A stretch of DNA of 32,000 nt from Methanosphaera stadtmanae DSM 3091 (GTDB lineage Archaea; Methanobacteriota; Methanobacteria; Methanobacteriales; Methanobacteriaceae), in the NCBI RefSeq assembly GCF_000012545.1, contig NC_007681.1, positions 330,001-362,000 on the forward strand, given 5' to 3'. This document shows, in pieces, positions 28,969-32,000 of the stretch. The stretch's first letter is position 1. Each line of letters opens with the position of its first letter. Made by a program: the position numbers and the translations under genes. The notes beneath the pieces are model-generated. The model was not told the origin of the DNA. It saw only the letters and a list, made by a program, of their open reading frames with translations, and made no database searches.

Positions 28969-30210
28969 TTATATATGTACACCCATATAATTTATTAATT
29001 CAATTAAATCCTCAAATGCCATTAATTCCTGTTTTAGAACATCATTCTTACTTAATGTTCCACTCATTTCACCATCAGCAGTTAACATATCTGGTCCACG
29101 ATGTATTAATCTGAATTTACCATCACTTCTAAATATTTTCTCAGCAACAAGGTCATGAACATAACATCTTCCAGGTATAATTACAGTATCCTTCACTTCA
29201 TTTAAATCTATTTCTCTTAAATCATGTTCAGTAATTAAACATGCAATCTCTTGAGATGTACTAACTACATTAACATAATCTGCAGCATTGAGATTTTCAA
29301 GAATCTTCTCAATATAGGGAGCAGATATTTTACTTGTAACAATAGTAGCTTCAGCTCTTACTGGTGTAAGTATTTCAAGGTACTCTTTATTTTTATCTTT
29401 GGATAATGCATATGGTGCATCAGTTTCAGGATCACAAACTGGTGTTCCTGTAACACGTAAATTATAATTTTTAGCAGTTTCTCTTACAAGATTTTCAAAT
29501 TCTGTCAGTGTTTGTTCTTTTATTCCTGGAATTATAGGACCATTATTAAGAATAAGACCTTGATTTGCAGTGTTTGCAAATCGCATTAAAATTAATGCTT
29601 TAGCTCCCCATGATTCTAAATCAGCACAGGTTTTAGCCAGTATGTCTCCATCATTTACTCCTGGTATTATAATTGATGCTGCATGAACATCGCAACTTTC
29701 ACAAAAACGCTTCAATGCTTGAATAGACACATCTGCTGTAGGGTCATGCATCCATTTTTCACGAAGCTTTGCATCTGTGGAAAATGCAGTGTAGGTAGTT
29801 TCAATAACTCCATTGTTAATGAGTTTATCAACTGTTGATACATCATCTATTCCTTTTCCACTAGTATAACCTAGATGAATAGGTAGACCCATATCATGTA
29901 TTCCTTTAGTTAATTCAAGTAAATGAGGATAACAACTAACATCACCATCTCCTGTGATATTAACCAGTGTATCTTTAGGAAGTCTTGTTTGAAAAATATT
30001 AGTTTGTAGTGAGGATAATACTTGATATGGTGGGAAATAATCCCTTGTCATATTAGTATCTGTTGTACAATGTGGACAACCAATTTGTCCTGGTGGACAG
30101 TTTTTACAACCTAATACCTTTTTTTGTGTAACTTTTTTGAAATAACAGTATTCACAAAAACCTCTACAGTTTTTTCCTGGTATTCCTCCAACATCGGCCA
30201 TAATTTGCAT
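28969..30210 (-). CDS. mmp10: Radical SAM protein, probably methanogenesis marker protein 10 (Mmp10, MCR arginine C-methyltransferase)
   Basis: The N-terminus is MADVGGIPGKNCRGFCEYCYFKK (CX3CX2C within the first 25 aa). A second Cys cluster is CKNCPPGQIGCPHC. Length is about 410 aa. The gene lies in an mcr/mtr-linked position. Family assignment is from memory. Confidence 0.6.
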   Translation of the reverse strand: MQIMADVGGIPGKNCRGFCEYCYFKKVTQKKVLGCKNCPPGQIGCPHCTTDTNMTRDYFPPYQVLSSLQTNIFQTRLPKDTLVNITGDGDVSCYPHLLELTKGIHDMGLPIHLGYTSGKGIDDVSTVDKLINNGVIETTYTAFSTDAKLREKWMHDPTADVSIQALKRFCESCDVHAASIIIPGVNDGDILAKTCADLESWGAKALILMRFANTANQGLILNNGPIIPGIKEQTLTEFENLVRETAKNYNLRVTGTPVCDPETDAPYALSKDKNKEYLEILTPVRAEATIVTSKISAPYIEKILENLNAADYVNVVSTSQEIACLITEHDLREIDLNEVKDTVIIPGRCYVHDLVAEKIFRSDGKFRLIHRGPDMLTADGEMSGTLSKNDVLKQELMAFEDLIELINYMGVHI

Positions 30211-30489
30211 AAATATTTATTTCTAAATTATATATTTTAATAGTATCGATAGAATATTCATGGATAAATAATATTTTTTTAGGAAAATAAGATATTATTT
30301 CACGTATTTTGGAATATATTCTCTTCAAATTCTTTTGTTAATCATTATAATATTAATTCAAATGAATTTAAATTAGTAATACTTTTAAATATATTTTAAA
30401 AATAATTTTAAATAATAATATAATGGATGTAATCCATATCTATATAGTATATATGATAATATTTTGAGAACATATTAATCAAAGGTTGC

Positions 30490-31101
30490 ATGATAGAAAT
30501 GATTGGAAAAAATACACATATAGTTGACTGTAGGGAAACACGCGGAATAGGTGAAGGTGGTGGAATTGCTCAGCGTGGAACATATGCACAATGTGGGGAT
30601 GAATTACTTGCTGTTGCAATGTCTCCAGGACGTAGACATATTACAAAACCAGTTTGTGAAATAACATTTGCTCTAAGAGAATCAAATATTCAAACAAGTA
30701 CCTTGGTTCTTAATGCAGGTTCTGGAGTACCAAAAGACACGCCTAGTGGTGGAGGACAAGGTTTATTTGGTGTAACTCCTAAGGAAATTTCCCAGATGAG
30801 TAGACATAATATTGTATTGTTCCATTTTGGAGGAGTAAAAAATCATATAATATACAAGGCAAAACATGCTCTTAAACATATTAATAAACCTGTTATTATT
30901 ATAGCACAATATCCATTGGATTTTGAAGATTTTGCAAAAATAGGAGTAAATACTGTTGCAGTAAAACCTGAAAAATCTGAAACACAGGGTACTATTGTTG
31001 AACTCATAACTGATGTTATTCGTGGAGAATCATGTACTCAAGAGAAATTAGATGAAATAATAAATAAAGTGGAAACATCCATTGTAAAATATACTAAGTA
31101 A
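30490..31101 (+). CDS. mcrC: Methyl-coenzyme M reductase operon protein C (McrC), stand-alone
   Basis: [64 protein letters not shown]. Length is about 200 aa. The second ATG at 30499 (MIGKN..) is an equally plausible start. Confidence 0.8.
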   Translation: MIEMIGKNTHIVDCRETRGIGEGGGIAQRGTYAQCGDELLAVAMSPGRRHITKPVCEITFALRESNIQTSTLVLNAGSGVPKDTPSGGGQGLFGVTPKEISQMSRHNIVLFHFGGVKNHIIYKAKHALKHINKPVIIIAQYPLDFEDFAKIGVNTVAVKPEKSETQGTIVELITDVIRGESCTQEKLDEIINKVETSIVKYTK

Positions 31102-31115
31102 TTTGGAGAAATTAT

Positions 31116-31985
31116 ATGGAAATTTTCAACATGTTTTTAGTTATTTTAATGGGATTATTTGCAATTATTGCAGGAATATTTGAAGATTTAGAATCTGATG
31201 TAGCATCAACTAGTAATCCAAATTCACAAGTACAACTTGCACCACAAATAGGTAATTTACATAAATTATTTAATAGAGCAGTTTCTGGTGAACCATTACT
31301 TGTTGGTTCAATGGCTACAATATCTGGTGCAGTAGCATACACATTAATATATATACACCAACCAGTTTTATTAGTACTTATAATATCTTCACTTGTTGCT
31401 ACAATAGTTCAAGTAATATTTTCCATTACTTCATACATGGGTCGTATAACAAGCCAAGCTTTATATAATCAACCATTATTCATGGACATGCTATATAAAC
31501 ACATTCCTACAAGTGCAGCACATGCATTTATAAGCTTATTTTCAATTACAACACTGTCTTACATCATGGTTTATTCATTAACACAACCTATACAAGTAGC
31601 TCTACCTATAGTAACATTCTTTGTGGGAATAATGTTAGGTTCTATTGGTTCTGCTGTAGGAGATATATTTTATGGTGCTGAAAAATTATATCAACATCAT
31701 GAATTTGGAAGTGGAATTCCAGTTTCTGTAAATGGGCATATAACAACAAAATCAGCTCTAGGTTCAGAAAATTCTATTGACATGGCAAAGTTCTGTTCTA
31801 AATTTGGTGGACCTATCTCTGGTTTATGTTTTGGAATTATCATCTTTCTGAATTTCTGGACATTTTTAGTATTTGGAATTGTTGGAGGATTAATAGTAGG
31901 ATTAATATTGGTTATTTTTTTAATAATACTAAATTATGTATTGGAACGAAATGCACGTTTAATATATGGAAAATATGGGGAATAA
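31116..31985 (+). CDS. mtrE: Tetrahydromethanopterin S-methyltransferase subunit E (MtrE)
   Basis: EDLESDVASTSNPNSQVQLAPQ is followed by multiple TM helices. Length is 289 aa. A GGAGA RBS is present, and the start lies 14 nt after the mcrC stop. Confidence 0.85.
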   Translation: MEIFNMFLVILMGLFAIIAGIFEDLESDVASTSNPNSQVQLAPQIGNLHKLFNRAVSGEPLLVGSMATISGAVAYTLIYIHQPVLLVLIISSLVATIVQVIFSITSYMGRITSQALYNQPLFMDMLYKHIPTSAAHAFISLFSITTLSYIMVYSLTQPIQVALPIVTFFVGIMLGSIGSAVGDIFYGAEKLYQHHEFGSGIPVSVNGHITTKSALGSENSIDMAKFCSKFGGPISGLCFGIIIFLNFWTFLVFGIVGGLIVGLILVIFLIILNYVLERNARLIYGKYGE

Positions 31986-31987
31986 TA

Positions 31988-32000
31988 ATGATATTTGAAT
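31988..32000 (+). CDS. mtrD: First codons of the next ORF (by operon synteny probably mtrD), truncated by the window end
   Basis: The ATG lies 2 nt after the mtrE stop (MIFE..). The identity rests on the conserved mtrEDCBAFGH order only. Confidence 0.35.

Overview
This is an AT-rich chromosomal segment (about 30% G+C by eye; intergenic DNA is almost pure A/T) from a methanogenic archaeon. It fits Methanobacteriaceae best (Methanosphaera- or Methanobrevibacter-like). The window is gene-dense and mostly core metabolism. It holds coenzyme M biosynthesis genes (comD/comE, comC, comB), a methanopterin gene (mptA) and an F420 gene (cofG). It also holds translation and tRNA functions (gatB, trm1, a Taw2/Trm5-family gene, a PP-loop tRNA thiolase, a six-gene tRNA cluster), purM, hisE, proteasome beta, the termination factor aCPSF1/FttA and an Mrp/NBP35 Fe-S carrier. 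At the 3' end sit an mmp10-like radical SAM gene, a stand-alone mcrC and the start of the mtr operon (mtrE). I see no CRISPR array, IS element, integrase, toxin-antitoxin pair or recognisable defence system. I do not think the window hides a mobile or defence island. Seven things merit a second look:
- An orphan mcrC appears to be the first cistron of mtr and faces mmp10, with no MCR structural genes present.
- A Taw2-like methyltransferase appears co-transcribed with mmp10.
- Two uncharacterised ORFs (a possible Mmp7-like protein plus a small partner) overlap in an ATGA junction.
- A BioB-like radical SAM protein carries a non-canonical CX4CX2C motif.
- A CBS-pair protein is fused to a ParB/Srx domain.
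- An orphan exported protein has unusual composition.
- A GC-rich element sits in the purM leader.
All product calls rest on motif recognition by eye. No searches were run.
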